Counted from the first letter of the stretch, positions 1-8,807 are shown. The stretch is 51,920 nt of DNA from Selenomonadaceae bacterium (GCA_017455645.1 JAFSZS010000008.1:1-51920); one strand, 5' to 3'. Notes: generated by a model not told the origin, from the letters alone. Translations and numbers: made by a program.

Positions 1-38
1 CGCGTTAGTTAAACATTAATTTGCAGGAGGAAATTTTT

Positions 39-1889
39 ATGGCGATTTTTAAATTGAAACCGGCTTGCAAGGATTATCTTTGGGGCGGTCACAGACTGGT
101 TGACGAATACGGTGTTGACTACGACGGCGCAATTTTGGCGGAGGCGTGGGAACTTTCGGCGCACCCCGACGGCGCGTCAATTATTGCAAATGGCAAGTAC
201 GAAGGAAAAACCCTGCGCGAATATCTCGACATTGAAGGCTTGGAAGTTTTGGGCACGCACTGCCGCCGCTTCCGTGAATTTCCAATTTTGACAAAATTTA
301 TTGACGCCAAAGACAATCTGTCAATTCAAGTACACCCTTCAAACGCCTACGCACTCAAAAACGAAGGGCAATACGGCAAAACTGAAATGTGGTACGTGCT
401 TGACGCGGAAGACGGCGCGTTTTTGTATTACGGCTTTAAGCAGGAAATTTCTAAGGAAGAATTCGCGCAGCGTATCAAAGAAAATACTTTGCTGGAAGTT
501 TTAAACGCCGTACCCGTAAAAAAGGGCGACGTACTTTTCATTGAGTCAGGCACTTTGCACGCAATAGGCAAGGGAATTTTAATTGCCGAAATTCAGCAAA
601 ATTCAAACGTAACTTACAGAATTTACGATTACGGCAGAGTTGGCGCGGACGGCAAGAAACGTGATTTACACATTGAAAAGGCGTTGGCAGTTACAAACAG
701 AATCCCCATTGTTGCAAGTGCTGAAAGTTATCCGCACGTTGCAGACTGCGATTATTTCACTGTCGACAAATTAAATCTGGACGGCAAATTAACTTACCGC
801 GTACAAGGCAACGTCAATGAAAAATCTTTCCTTAGCATTTTAATTTTGGACGGCGCGGGCGTTATCAGTAGTAAAGGCGAAAAACTTGCTTACAAAAAGG
901 GCGATTCATTTTTCTTGCCCGCAAATTCCGGCGATTGGCAGATTGAGGGAACTTGTGACGCGCTTTTAACAACTATTCGTGAAAAGGCTAATCCAATTCG
1001 TGTAGGCGTGAATATCGGCAGTTCAGAAATTCAAATGGGAATTGTCAACGAACAAAATCAACTTTTAGCTATAAAAAAATATCCTACCAATCCTAAACGC
1101 CCTGCGCGAGAAATAATTGACGAAACAGCGGAAAATATTTTAAAACTTTTGGCAGAAAATAATATCCCGCTGGAACAGTGCGTAGGCGTCGGCGTTGGAG
1201 TACCCGGCACAATCGACAGGCGCAAGGGTACGGTTGTTTATTCAAATAATATTCGCTGGGAAGACGTGCAACTTACAAAAACTTTGGGCGAAGTTATCCC
1301 TTGCCCCGTACGAATTGCAAATGACGCAGACTGCGCGGCGTTGGGTGAAGCGGTTGCAGGCGCGGGCAAAAATTTTTCTGATGTTGTAATGTTTACGCTC
1401 GGAAACGGTGTAGGCGGCGGAATTATTTTGAATGGAGAAATTTTTGAGGGCGGCATAATGGGCGGCAGTGAAGTTGGGCACCAAGTCATAAGAGTTCACG
1501 GCAGATTGTGTACTTGCGGGCGTAAAGGTTGCCTTGAGGCTTACGTTTCAGTTCCTGCACTGTTGAAGGCGGCGGCGCAAGTTGCCGGTAAAGAATTGAC
1601 GCTTGACGAAATTTTCAGCCTTGCCAAAAATGAAAACGTCGAAATGATGGAAGTTGTGGAGCAGTATACTTTAATGCTCGGTCAAGGTATTGTTAATATT
1701 GTCAATATGTTTCGCCCGCAATTAATTTTACTAGGCGGCGCAATGAGTGCTTACGCCAAAGATTTTATTGAGCCGCTTACAGATATTTTGAAAGAAGATT
1801 GTTTCGGCGGCGTGCATGCTCCAATTCCTCAAATTGCCATTGCTGAACTCGGCAGTAACGCCGGAATGATTGGAGCCGCTAATCTTTAG
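39..1889 (+). CDS. Fusion protein: class I (Bacillus ManA-type) mannose-6-phosphate isomerase (N-half) + ROK-family sugar kinase (C-half)
   Basis: ORF 21..1889. AGGAGG at 25-30 favours ATG 39 (MAIFKL) as the start. The N-half has PMI motifs LSIQVHP, KTEMWYVL and GTLHAIGKG. The C-half (from about aa 325) has ROK motifs GVGVPGTID and ANDADCAALGE plus the zinc motif GHQVIRVHGRLCTCGRKGCLEAY. Confidence 0.8.
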   Translation: MAIFKLKPACKDYLWGGHRLVDEYGVDYDGAILAEAWELSAHPDGASIIANGKYEGKTLREYLDIEGLEVLGTHCRRFREFPILTKFIDAKDNLSIQVHPSNAYALKNEGQYGKTEMWYVLDAEDGAFLYYGFKQEISKEEFAQRIKENTLLEVLNAVPVKKGDVLFIESGTLHAIGKGILIAEIQQNSNVTYRIYDYGRVGADGKKRDLHIEKALAVTNRIPIVASAESYPHVADCDYFTVDKLNLDGKLTYRVQGNVNEKSFLSILILDGAGVISSKGEKLAYKKGDSFFLPANSGDWQIEGTCDALLTTIREKANPIRVGVNIGSSEIQMGIVNEQNQLLAIKKYPTNPKRPAREIIDETAENILKLLAENNIPLEQCVGVGVGVPGTIDRRKGTVVYSNNIRWEDVQLTKTLGEVIPCPVRIANDADCAALGEAVAGAGKNFSDVVMFTLGNGVGGGIILNGEIFEGGIMGGSEVGHQVIRVHGRLCTCGRKGCLEAYVSVPALLKAAAQVAGKELTLDEIFSLAKNENVEMMEVVEQYTLMLGQGIVNIVNMFRPQLILLGGAMSAYAKDFIEPLTDILKEDCFGGVHAPIPQIAIAELGSNAGMIGAANL

Positions 1890-1912
1890 GGAATAGTGGG
1901 TAGGGAATAGGG
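1887..1912. repeat. G-rich TAGGGAAT-family repeat copy (GGGAATAGTGGGTAGGGAATAGGG), four G3 runs
   Basis: Read directly. The TAG of the first TAGGGA is the stop codon of the PMI-ROK gene. A 24-nt core is repeated in inverse orientation at 5530-5553 with 1 mismatch. Confidence 0.8.
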
Positions 1913-1920
1913 ATTTTTTT

Positions 1921-2619
1921 ATGTTGGAAAAAATTTTGGCTTGTTTTGAATTTTTAAAAACGACGCTGATTTACATTGTCTACCCGCCAATTTGCCCCGT
2001 CTGTGAAGAAATTGTTGACGAACGCCACCAACTCTGCGAATCCTGCGCGACGAAAATTTTAAAACTCGATGAAGCAAAAGATTTTCCCGCGCCAATTAGT
2101 GGCGTCATGAGAATCACAAATTACAGAAACGGCACCAGACGCCTCCTACGCGCTTTAAAATTCGACGGCAATACAAATGTACTAAAGACCCTTCAGAGTA
2201 CCCTCTACGGCGTTACCAGACGCCCTGAAATCGATAATTTTTTGGCTAAGGTAAATTTTGCAACTTTCGTACCGCTCCACGAAAAAAGATTAAAAAAGCG
2301 CGGCTACAACCAAACTGAATTGATTTTCAAAGATTGGCTCCTCGCGCAGAATTTACCGGCTGAAAATTTATTGCTCCGTACCAAAAACACGCCGCACCTT
2401 TACGATTTAAACCCGCAGGAACGCAGGGAAGTTTTGAAGGGCGCGTTCACTCTGATTGAAGGCGTTGACGTTAAGGGCAAAAATATTTTGATTGTGGACG
2501 ATATTTTTACAACGGGCGCAACTGCCGCGGCTTGTGCCGAAATTTTGAAAAGTGCAGGCGCGGCAAAAATTTTTGTAATGGCGTTTGCATCTGATTTTGG
2601 AGAGGATAAAATTGCATGA
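1921..2619 (+). CDS. comFC: ComF-family protein (zinc-finger N-terminus + phosphoribosyltransferase domain)
   Basis: 232 aa. The N-terminus has CPVCEE...CESC cysteine pairs. The C-terminus has the PRT motif ILIVDDIFTTGATAAACAEILKSAGA. Confidence 0.7.
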   Translation: MLEKILACFEFLKTTLIYIVYPPICPVCEEIVDERHQLCESCATKILKLDEAKDFPAPISGVMRITNYRNGTRRLLRALKFDGNTNVLKTLQSTLYGVTRRPEIDNFLAKVNFATFVPLHEKRLKKRGYNQTELIFKDWLLAQNLPAENLLLRTKNTPHLYDLNPQERREVLKGAFTLIEGVDVKGKNILIVDDIFTTGATAAACAEILKSAGAAKIFVMAFASDFGEDKIA

Positions 2620-2950
2620 AGCGACACTTGCAGAAAATATTTTAAAAATCGCGCAGGAAGTAGCCGCCGAAAATCACGCACAAAAAATTTCTGCAGTAGG
2701 TTTAAAATTGGGAGATATGGCGGGCGTGGAAATTGACGCACTAAATTTTTCTTTCGACGTTCTCAAAAAAAATACAATCGCAGAAAACGCCGCGCTGAAA
2801 ATTAACCGCGTCCCAATTCAAGCGCAATGTAACAAGTGCGGCAAAATTTTTACCGTCGAAAGTTACAATTTTTTTTGCCCCGAATGCGACGGGATTTTAA
2901 TTTTAAAAAGCGGGCGCGAACTTTTGATTGAGTTCGTCGACTGCGAATAG
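2612..2950 (+). CDS. hypA: Hydrogenase nickel-incorporation / maturation protein HypA
   Basis: ORF 2585..2950. A TTG at 2612 preceded by GGAGAGG gives the canonical HypA N-terminus M-HE(ATLAENIL). A C-terminal zinc motif CNKCG...CPECDG is present. The length is then 112 aa. The gene overlaps the comFC stop by 8 nt. Confidence 0.8.
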   Translation: MHEATLAENILKIAQEVAAENHAQKISAVGLKLGDMAGVEIDALNFSFDVLKKNTIAENAALKINRVPIQAQCNKCGKIFTVESYNFFCPECDGILILKSGRELLIEFVDCE

Positions 2951-2961
2951 GAGGAAATTTT

Positions 2962-3813
2962 TTGGCAACGATTAAAGCGCACATTAACAACATTGCACTT
3001 TCACATACGATTTTTGATTTGCCCTTTGCATTTATTGCGGCGTTAATGGCGTCGAACGGCAAAGTTGACGCTGTAACTTTGATTTTAATTGCGCTTGCCG
3101 TAACTTCCGGCAGAGCGGCGGCAATGGCAATTAACAATCTTGCAGATTTAAAATATGATAAACTTCAGCCGCGTATGAAGTACCGCGCAATGGTCCGCGG
3201 CTTAATTTCAAAATCTGAAGCGTTAATTTTTATTTTGGGTTGTCTGCTGATAATGATTGTAACCGTCGCGCAGTTGCCGCCAATTTGCTTAAAACTTTTA
3301 CCGGTTGCCGCGCTGCCGTTTATAATTTATCCCTTCACAAAAAGATTTACCGGCTGGTGTCACGTAGTTTTGGGCGTGGCAATAGCAATGGCTCCGGCGG
3401 GCGGTTGGGTTGCAGTTACGGGCGAAATTTTTTCAGTACCAATGATAATTTTGTGTTTGGCGATAGTTTTTTGGATGGCGGGCTTTGATGCAATGTACGG
3501 CGCGCAAGATGAAAAATTTGACAGAGCGCACGGCTTGCACTCAATGGCGACTGAATACGGAGCAAAGGGCGCGTTCAAAATTTCAAAAATCCTGCACGTA
3601 CTTTGTATAATCTGTTTGCTGTTGGTAGGGATAATTTTAAATTTGGGCTCGATTTACTTTTTGGGCGTAGGAATTGCAACCGGCACTTTGATTTATCAAC
3701 ACAGTATCGTAACTCCAAAAGATTTTTCACAGGTTACACAGTCTTACTTTATGAGAAACGGGATTGTTTCAGTTGCAATTTTAATTTGCACTTGGCTGAA
3801 TTATATTTGGTAA
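2962..3813 (+). CDS. UbiA-family aromatic prenyltransferase (4-hydroxybenzoate polyprenyltransferase-like)
   Basis: 283 aa polytopic membrane protein. It has the two Asp-rich UbiA motifs NNLADLKYD and DAMYGAQDEKFD. The TTG start at 2962 is preceded by AGGAGG. Confidence 0.8.
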   Translation: MATIKAHINNIALSHTIFDLPFAFIAALMASNGKVDAVTLILIALAVTSGRAAAMAINNLADLKYDKLQPRMKYRAMVRGLISKSEALIFILGCLLIMIVTVAQLPPICLKLLPVAALPFIIYPFTKRFTGWCHVVLGVAIAMAPAGGWVAVTGEIFSVPMIILCLAIVFWMAGFDAMYGAQDEKFDRAHGLHSMATEYGAKGAFKISKILHVLCIICLLLVGIILNLGSIYFLGVGIATGTLIYQHSIVTPKDFSQVTQSYFMRNGIVSVAILICTWLNYIW

Positions 3814-4431
3814 AGTTTCAAGAAAATTTTTCCAAGTGTCGTGCTTGATAAAAAGTTTGAAACGCTCGCGCGGCTTTGCATTTTCTGAATAAAATTTTAT
3901 AACCGCGTCTACAATTTCATAAAGTTTTTCTTCAGTTTTGACAACCGGCGGGAATTTTTCGCCGCGAAAATAAATCAGAAAACCTGCGCGAGTTCCCTTA
4001 ATCCCAATATCATTTCCTTCAGCCTTCATACAATCGTTGGGACAACCGGTAACGCCTAAATTAAATTTGTGCGGTAAAACTTGCCCGGCGTGGCGTTTCT
4101 CAATTTCGGTTGCAACTTTCAAAGTGTCAATCTGCCCAAATTTACAAAATTGGTTGCCTTGACAAGCCGTGACAGTTTTAAAAGTTAAGCCGATTGTTGC
4201 CGCCTCAAGCGTACTTTCTGAAATAATTTTTTCGATTTGCGGAATGTTTTCAAATTTTATGGAAGGTACAGCAATTTCTTGGCGGCTCGTCAAATGTACA
4301 AAACCTTCACCGAAATTTTTTGCAACCTCTTGAATTTTTAAAAGTTGTTCAGCCGTAAAATTGCCGCCGTTGCCTTTGAATCTGACGGTTACAAATCCTT
4401 CCTGTTTTTGATTGGTATAAAATTTTTCCAT
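3781..4431 (-). CDS. Small nitrite/sulfite-reductase-domain protein (siroheme/4Fe-4S type, low-molecular-weight sulfite-reductase-like)
   Basis: 216 aa. It has the Cys-X5-Cys (CQGNQFC) and Cys-X3-Cys (CPNDC) cluster motifs characteristic of the NIR_SIR domain. AAGGAG lies upstream of ATG 4431. Confidence 0.65.
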   Translation of the reverse strand: MEKFYTNQKQEGFVTVRFKGNGGNFTAEQLLKIQEVAKNFGEGFVHLTSRQEIAVPSIKFENIPQIEKIISESTLEAATIGLTFKTVTACQGNQFCKFGQIDTLKVATEIEKRHAGQVLPHKFNLGVTGCPNDCMKAEGNDIGIKGTRAGFLIYFRGEKFPPVVKTEEKLYEIVDAVIKFYSENAKPRERFKLFIKHDTWKNFLETLPNIIQPSAN

Positions 4432-4481
4432 TGCGTTAAGCTCCTTTCTTGCAAGCTACGATATTTTTTGGGGGTGATAAT

Positions 4482-4826
4482 ATGAAAATTAATCCTGTCA
4501 ACGGCTGGAGTCAAAATTTCGCCGCGTATGAAAATTCACAAGGCAACTACTCAAAAACTTTTTCAAAAGTGCTTGACAATGTAAAACACGGCAGACCGGC
4601 TGACTACGACGAAGAAACTATGCAAACTCAAAAAACGCAAACTGTAACACAAATTCTTTCCGACGGCTCCACTTTAATCACGGTTTACGATGAAGGCGGG
4701 CGCGTCCTTTCTCAAACTAAAACCTCCGCAGTAAATCCCGATTCAAACGCTCAAATTGTCGATACTAAAACTGAAAATATTTTCGGCTTAAACGAACTTT
4801 CAAATTTTAATTTAATCTTGCGGTAA
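4482..4826 (+). CDS. Hypothetical protein (114 aa, Thr/Gln-rich, no recognised domain)
   Basis: ORF 4449..4826. ATG 4482 is preceded by GGGGGTGA. A strong terminator follows the ORF. Confidence 0.45.
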   Translation: MKINPVNGWSQNFAAYENSQGNYSKTFSKVLDNVKHGRPADYDEETMQTQKTQTVTQILSDGSTLITVYDEGGRVLSQTKTSAVNPDSNAQIVDTKTENIFGLNELSNFNLILR

Positions 4827-4877
4827 TTTCTCTTTAAGATTTTACCTTAATTTTAATTTTGTTTCAAAAAATTTTTG

Positions 4878-4902
4878 GAGCGGTTAACGCCGCTCTTTTT
4901 TT
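4878..4902 (+). terminator. Rho-independent terminator
   Basis: GAGCGG-ttaacg-CCGCTC stem-loop followed by T7 (4896-4902). Confidence 0.65.
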
Positions 4903-4904
4903 GG

Positions 4905-4932
4905 TTGACGTAAAATTTTTTTTTGTTAAAAT
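4905..4932 (+). promoter_or_regulatory. Candidate sigma-70-type promoter for bioY
   Basis: TTGACG (4905-4910), 16-nt spacer, TAAAAT (4927-4932). It lies directly after the terminator and upstream of the bioY RBS. Confidence 0.4.
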
Positions 4933-4954
4933 GAAAGCTGAAGGAGTGATAAAA

Positions 4955-5506
4955 TTGCAGAGCGATACAACAAAAAAAATCAGCACAGCCGCGCTTACAA
5001 AAATTTCAATGTGCGTGGCGTTGTGCTGTGTATCTGCGAATATTGTTTTCCCGCTGCCGTTTACACCCGGAATGGTAACGGCGTTGACAATCGTTTTGAG
5101 TTTGGCGGCGTACATTTTGACGCCCAAACAAACTTTCACGGTTATTGCGGTTTATTTAATGTTGGGAATTGCGGGCTTGCCGGTCTTTGCAGGTACGGGC
5201 GGAATTGGCAGGCTTTTAAGTCCGGTTGGAGGATTTTATTTGGCGTGGCTTGTAGCTTATCCGCTTTTAAGTTATTTCAAAGGCACGGAAATAAATTTCA
5301 AGCGTTACGTACTGATGAATTTTTTTATAGCAATGCCTGTAACTTACATTGGCGGATTGATTTCAATGATGGTAATGATGGAAATTGACATTTGGCAAGC
5401 GGCAACAATGGCTGTATTTCCCTTCATATTTGGCGACGTTTTGAAAACCTGCGCGGCGGCTTTTTTGGGCGTCAAATTAAATTCTGCCTTGCAATTCAGA
5501 GAATGA
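4955..5506 (+). CDS. bioY: Biotin transporter BioY (ECF S-component)
   Basis: ORF 4859..5506. AAGGAG at 4941-4946 favours TTG 4955 as the start. BioY-type sequence GLPVFAGTGGIGRLLSPVGGFYLAWLVAYPL is present and the protein is multi-TM. Confidence 0.8.
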   Translation: MQSDTTKKISTAALTKISMCVALCCVSANIVFPLPFTPGMVTALTIVLSLAAYILTPKQTFTVIAVYLMLGIAGLPVFAGTGGIGRLLSPVGGFYLAWLVAYPLLSYFKGTEINFKRYVLMNFFIAMPVTYIGGLISMMVMMEIDIWQAATMAVFPFIFGDVLKTCAAAFLGVKLNSALQFRE

Positions 5507-5529
5507 AAACCTGCGCGACCAAAAAAATT

Positions 5530-5553
5530 CTATTCCCTAACCACTATTCCCTA
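5530..5553. repeat. TAGGGAAT-family repeat copy (C-rich on plus strand)
   Basis: CTATTCCCTAACCACTATTCCCTA is the reverse complement of 1887-1910 with one mismatch. It sits between the convergent bioY and CAP-domain genes and overlaps the stop of the latter. Confidence 0.8.
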
Positions 5554-6024
5554 TTTAGTGCGGAAAAGTTGAGCCCAATAGTGTTTGTACTTTGAATCAG
5601 GCAAATATAAATATCCCATACCGAGTTCACGAAATTTGGGATTCATAATATTTTCTCTATGCCCGGGCGAATTCATCCACGCGGCGACAACTTCACTGGG
5701 CGAACGTTGACCGGCAGCGATATTTTCGCCAACTGTCCTGTAAGGTTTTGGAATGACTGTAAAGCAAGAATAGCCGCTTGGGCGAGTATGTGAAAATTTT
5801 TTGGTAATTTCTTTGGCGCGAATTTGCGCGTAGTGATTCATGGAGCTTGAAAGTTTCAGCGGCTTCAAATGTTCTTTGGCGCGTTCAATATTTACCAATT
5901 CCAAAACTTCCTGTGCGAAATTCGCCGAAACTTTATTTGAATTTTTCCAAGTACTTTGAGCAGAGACAATATTTACCGCGGCAAAAATAAAAATCATCAG
6001 CACGCTTGATAAAAATTTCTTCAT
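5551..6024 (-). CDS. Secreted CAP/SCP-domain protein (YkwD-like)
   Basis: 157 aa with an N-terminal signal peptide (MKKFLSSVLMIFIFAAVNIVSAQS). CAP motifs HTRPSG, GENIAAG and WMNSPGHRENI are present. Confidence 0.8.
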   Translation of the reverse strand: MKKFLSSVLMIFIFAAVNIVSAQSTWKNSNKVSANFAQEVLELVNIERAKEHLKPLKLSSSMNHYAQIRAKEITKKFSHTRPSGYSCFTVIPKPYRTVGENIAAGQRSPSEVVAAWMNSPGHRENIMNPKFRELGMGYLYLPDSKYKHYWAQLFRTK

Positions 6025-6096
6025 AAAAATCCCCCCCTACTAAAAAAACCGCCGTAAAATTTAGCGGCAGTTCTTTTAAATTTTTAAATTCAGTTT

Positions 6097-6173
6097 TGGT
6101 GCGATTGGGGCGATTTGAACGCCCGACCTACTGCTTAGGAGGCAGTTGCTCTATCCAGCTGAGCTACAACCGC
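6097..6173 (-). tRNA. tRNA-Arg (anticodon CCT), CCA encoded
   Basis: The reverse complement reads GCGGTTG-TA-GCTCAGCTGGATAGAGC-A-ACTGC-CTCCTAA-GCAGT-AGGTC-GGGCGTTCAAATCGCCC-CAATCGC-ACCA. This is a full cloverleaf with a 7-bp acceptor stem and anticodon loop CT-CCT-AA. Confidence 0.95.
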
Positions 6174-6261
6174 ATTTTTTAAAGTGTAACACTTTCGCAC
6201 TTCATTTGCAAGTTAAAAAATGATTAAAAACGAGATTCTTACTTTGTCCTAAATAAAAAAT

Positions 6262-7656
6262 TTAATGGTGGCGAATAACTTCAAATCTCCACAAAGCAAC
6301 TTTTTCATTGGCGGGAATACCGGCTTTTTTCTTGGCAATAGCAATTTGTTCTTGAACAGTATCAACGCCTTCCAAATCCGGCAACAGCAAGCCGCGGCGT
6401 CCGTTGTTTTCGACGATGACGCCGTATTTTTTTGCGTCACAGTCTTTAATGTCAAAAACTCTTTCAGGCTCGGCTAAAACGTCAACGCTAATTTCAATAT
6501 CTTCAAGTTCGGAAACTTCAACCGGCGAAAAGCGCGGGTCTCTCGAACAAGCCGAAATTGCATTTTGTAAAATTTCCTGCGCGATTGAATCAGTGGTAGG
6601 TAAAAAAGTTCCAATACAGCCGCGCAAATTTCCGTCCTTGTGCAAGCTTACAAAAGTACCTGCGCGACGGCTTGTCATTTCAGCGGGTAAATCTTTTGGC
6701 AATTCCGCAGGCTTGTGAGTTTTTACAAAAGTTTCCATACTAAGCCGCGCCAACTGTACAAAGGCGTCTTCATTTTTTTTGCGGTTGATATATTCTGCGT
6801 GATTGAAATTTTCCAGTTGCACGTCAAAATTTCTGGAAAGATTTTCACTGCCAATTTTAAACCAAACAACGCCGTAACCAACGCCGAAAGTCCCTTCATA
6901 AGAAAGTTTTTCAGCACTTACAGATTTTTTATCCAACGCGCCCGCCATTATCCAAAAACTACGCAAGCCACATTCAGCCGCGCGGTTGCAAAGTTTGTTA
7001 TCCATTGTCAACAATTTCAGAAAATCCGCGCCGCCCAAATTTTCCATAACAGCTTTATCAAATTGCGGTCCTTCCTCAACGAAGCCGTAAGGTCCATCAG
7101 ATTTTAATTTGTGCGATAAGTCGCCGCTTGCCACGAATACAACGCGCCGCTTAAGTTCGTCTGCAACTTTTGAAATTGTTTGCCCAAATTTATAATGAAT
7201 CGCCGCGCCTAAGCCGGAAAGTCCAATTCGTAAAAATTTTACCTTGTCTAAATCTAAGCCGGCTTGCTCCAAAAATCTAACCGGTATAAATGTGCCGTGG
7301 TCCAAATTTTTATCACGTTTGCCCAATTTGCCCGCGGGAATATTTTCAGCCATTGCGGCGTTGCTTAACTTGTCAACAAATTCTGTATCGTAATTGATTT
7401 TCAAATTGACTTGCGGCGCACGAAATCTTGACATATCGCCCTCGGCAGTTTCGCCCGGGGAAATGTGAAAATAATCAGCGTACAAAACAGAATGCGGGCT
7501 TGTGATTATAATTGTGTCGGGATTTAATTCAACGATACGGCGGGAAATTTCTTTGTAGGCGTTTGAAGTTGCAGAAATTTTTTGCTCTTCGCCGCGCCCA
7601 ATTTCTGGCAAAATTATTGGCGGGTGCGGTACTGCCACTGCGGCTAAAATACTCAT
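6262..7656 (-). CDS. Fusion of a class III extradiol-dioxygenase/Memo-like domain with an AMMECR1 domain (AmmeMemoRadiSam-type A/B fusion)
   Basis: 464 aa. The N-terminus AVPHPPIILPEIG is typical of LigB/Memo-like proteins. The C-terminus carries the AMMECR1 motif LRGCIGTFLP...SRDPRFSPV. Confidence 0.7.
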   Translation of the reverse strand: MSILAAVAVPHPPIILPEIGRGEEQKISATSNAYKEISRRIVELNPDTIIITSPHSVLYADYFHISPGETAEGDMSRFRAPQVNLKINYDTEFVDKLSNAAMAENIPAGKLGKRDKNLDHGTFIPVRFLEQAGLDLDKVKFLRIGLSGLGAAIHYKFGQTISKVADELKRRVVFVASGDLSHKLKSDGPYGFVEEGPQFDKAVMENLGGADFLKLLTMDNKLCNRAAECGLRSFWIMAGALDKKSVSAEKLSYEGTFGVGYGVVWFKIGSENLSRNFDVQLENFNHAEYINRKKNEDAFVQLARLSMETFVKTHKPAELPKDLPAEMTSRRAGTFVSLHKDGNLRGCIGTFLPTTDSIAQEILQNAISACSRDPRFSPVEVSELEDIEISVDVLAEPERVFDIKDCDAKKYGVIVENNGRRGLLLPDLEGVDTVQEQIAIAKKKAGIPANEKVALWRFEVIRHH

Positions 7657-7712
7657 TTAAATTCCTCCTAACAAAAAAAGCCCGCGACCTTCGCGCAGGC
7701 AGGGAAAAAATT

Positions 7713-8678
7713 TTATTCGTTGGGGTCTTTCAAAGGTTTACCGAAAATTAAATTATCTAACAGGCTGATTAACTGATTAATTTCAGGTTTAGAAATTTGC
7801 CCGCTTGCGCCGAGTGATTCGCCCTTCAAGCGCATTTCTTCACTAATTAAAGATGAGAATAAAACGAAAGGAACTTCATGCAGGCGTTCGTTGTCGCGTA
7901 CAAGTTTTAACAGGCGGTGTCCATCCATTTTCGGCATTTCAACATCAGAAACAATAACGCCGACGTGATTATAAATTGGACCGTCTTTGGTTGCAAGGTT
8001 GCGCAGATATTCCCAAGCGTCCATACCGTTGCCAAAATCACGAACAAATCTGTAGCCGGAATCGTGCAAAGTTGTAACCAATAAATCGCGCAGCATTGCG
8101 GAATCTTCAGCAACAACAACATGAATACCGGAGCGCAAAGTGCGGGTATCTTCGGTTGCGTCTTCAACTGTTGTAAGTTTTGCGTTAATTTCGGGATTAA
8201 TTTCGGCAATAATCGTTTCAAAGTCCAGCAACAAAACAATTCTGTCACTCATTTTGATAATACCGACAACGCGGGATTGGTCGCCGACTTCGGGCGCGGG
8301 TTCCATATCTTTCCAAGAAATTCTGTGAATACGTGAAACATTTTCAACCAAAAAGCCGACGTAGTAATTATTAATTTCAGTTACGATAATATTTTTGGCT
8401 TCTTCGCCGGACGCAACATTTAAGCAACGCGGCAGATTTACCAAAGGATGAGCCTTACCGCGCAGAGTGAAAAGCCCGTCAATATAAGGATGAGCTTGCG
8501 GCATTGCGGTAACCGGAACGCGCTGAATTACTTCACGAACTTTCGCAACGTTTATACCGTAATTAACTTTGCCAATGCTAAATTCCACTATTTCAAATTC
8601 GTTTGTACCTGTTTCAAGCAAAATACCCTTTTTATCGCCGGCGGTTTCATCGCCTTTACGCGCTTTATCATTTGCCAT
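7713..8678 (-). CDS. cheV: Chemotaxis protein CheV (CheW-like domain + receiver domain)
   Basis: 321 aa. The N-terminal half is CheW-like. The C-terminal half is a receiver (VVVAEDSAMLRDLL ... VSDVEMPKMDG ... FSSL). Confidence 0.85.
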   Translation of the reverse strand: MANDKARKGDETAGDKKGILLETGTNEFEIVEFSIGKVNYGINVAKVREVIQRVPVTAMPQAHPYIDGLFTLRGKAHPLVNLPRCLNVASGEEAKNIIVTEINNYYVGFLVENVSRIHRISWKDMEPAPEVGDQSRVVGIIKMSDRIVLLLDFETIIAEINPEINAKLTTVEDATEDTRTLRSGIHVVVAEDSAMLRDLLVTTLHDSGYRFVRDFGNGMDAWEYLRNLATKDGPIYNHVGVIVSDVEMPKMDGHRLLKLVRDNERLHEVPFVLFSSLISEEMRLKGESLGASGQISKPEINQLISLLDNLIFGKPLKDPNE

Positions 8679-8807
8679 TAAATCGCCCCCAAATTTTTCA
8701 ACTTTTTAACTGATTAACATTTCGCCGCCGATAATTTTTATCCTGCAAATGGAAAATTTTTTAACTTTATGATAAACTTTCGCCAAATTTTTTAAGGGGA
8801 AATTTTA

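Noticed and set aside
4878-4932. A BirA (biotin repressor) operator upstream of bioY, suggested by GGTTAAC.
   Set aside because: Only one GTTAAC palindrome is present, and it lies within the terminator loop. A GGTTGAC direct repeat lies nearby. There is no inverted-repeat pair with the spacing expected for a BirA box.
6097-6173. tRNA-Arg as the attachment site of a genomic island.
   Set aside because: There is no integrase, no partial tRNA direct repeat and no obviously foreign genes adjacent. The neighbours are a CAP-domain protein and an AMMECR1 fusion.
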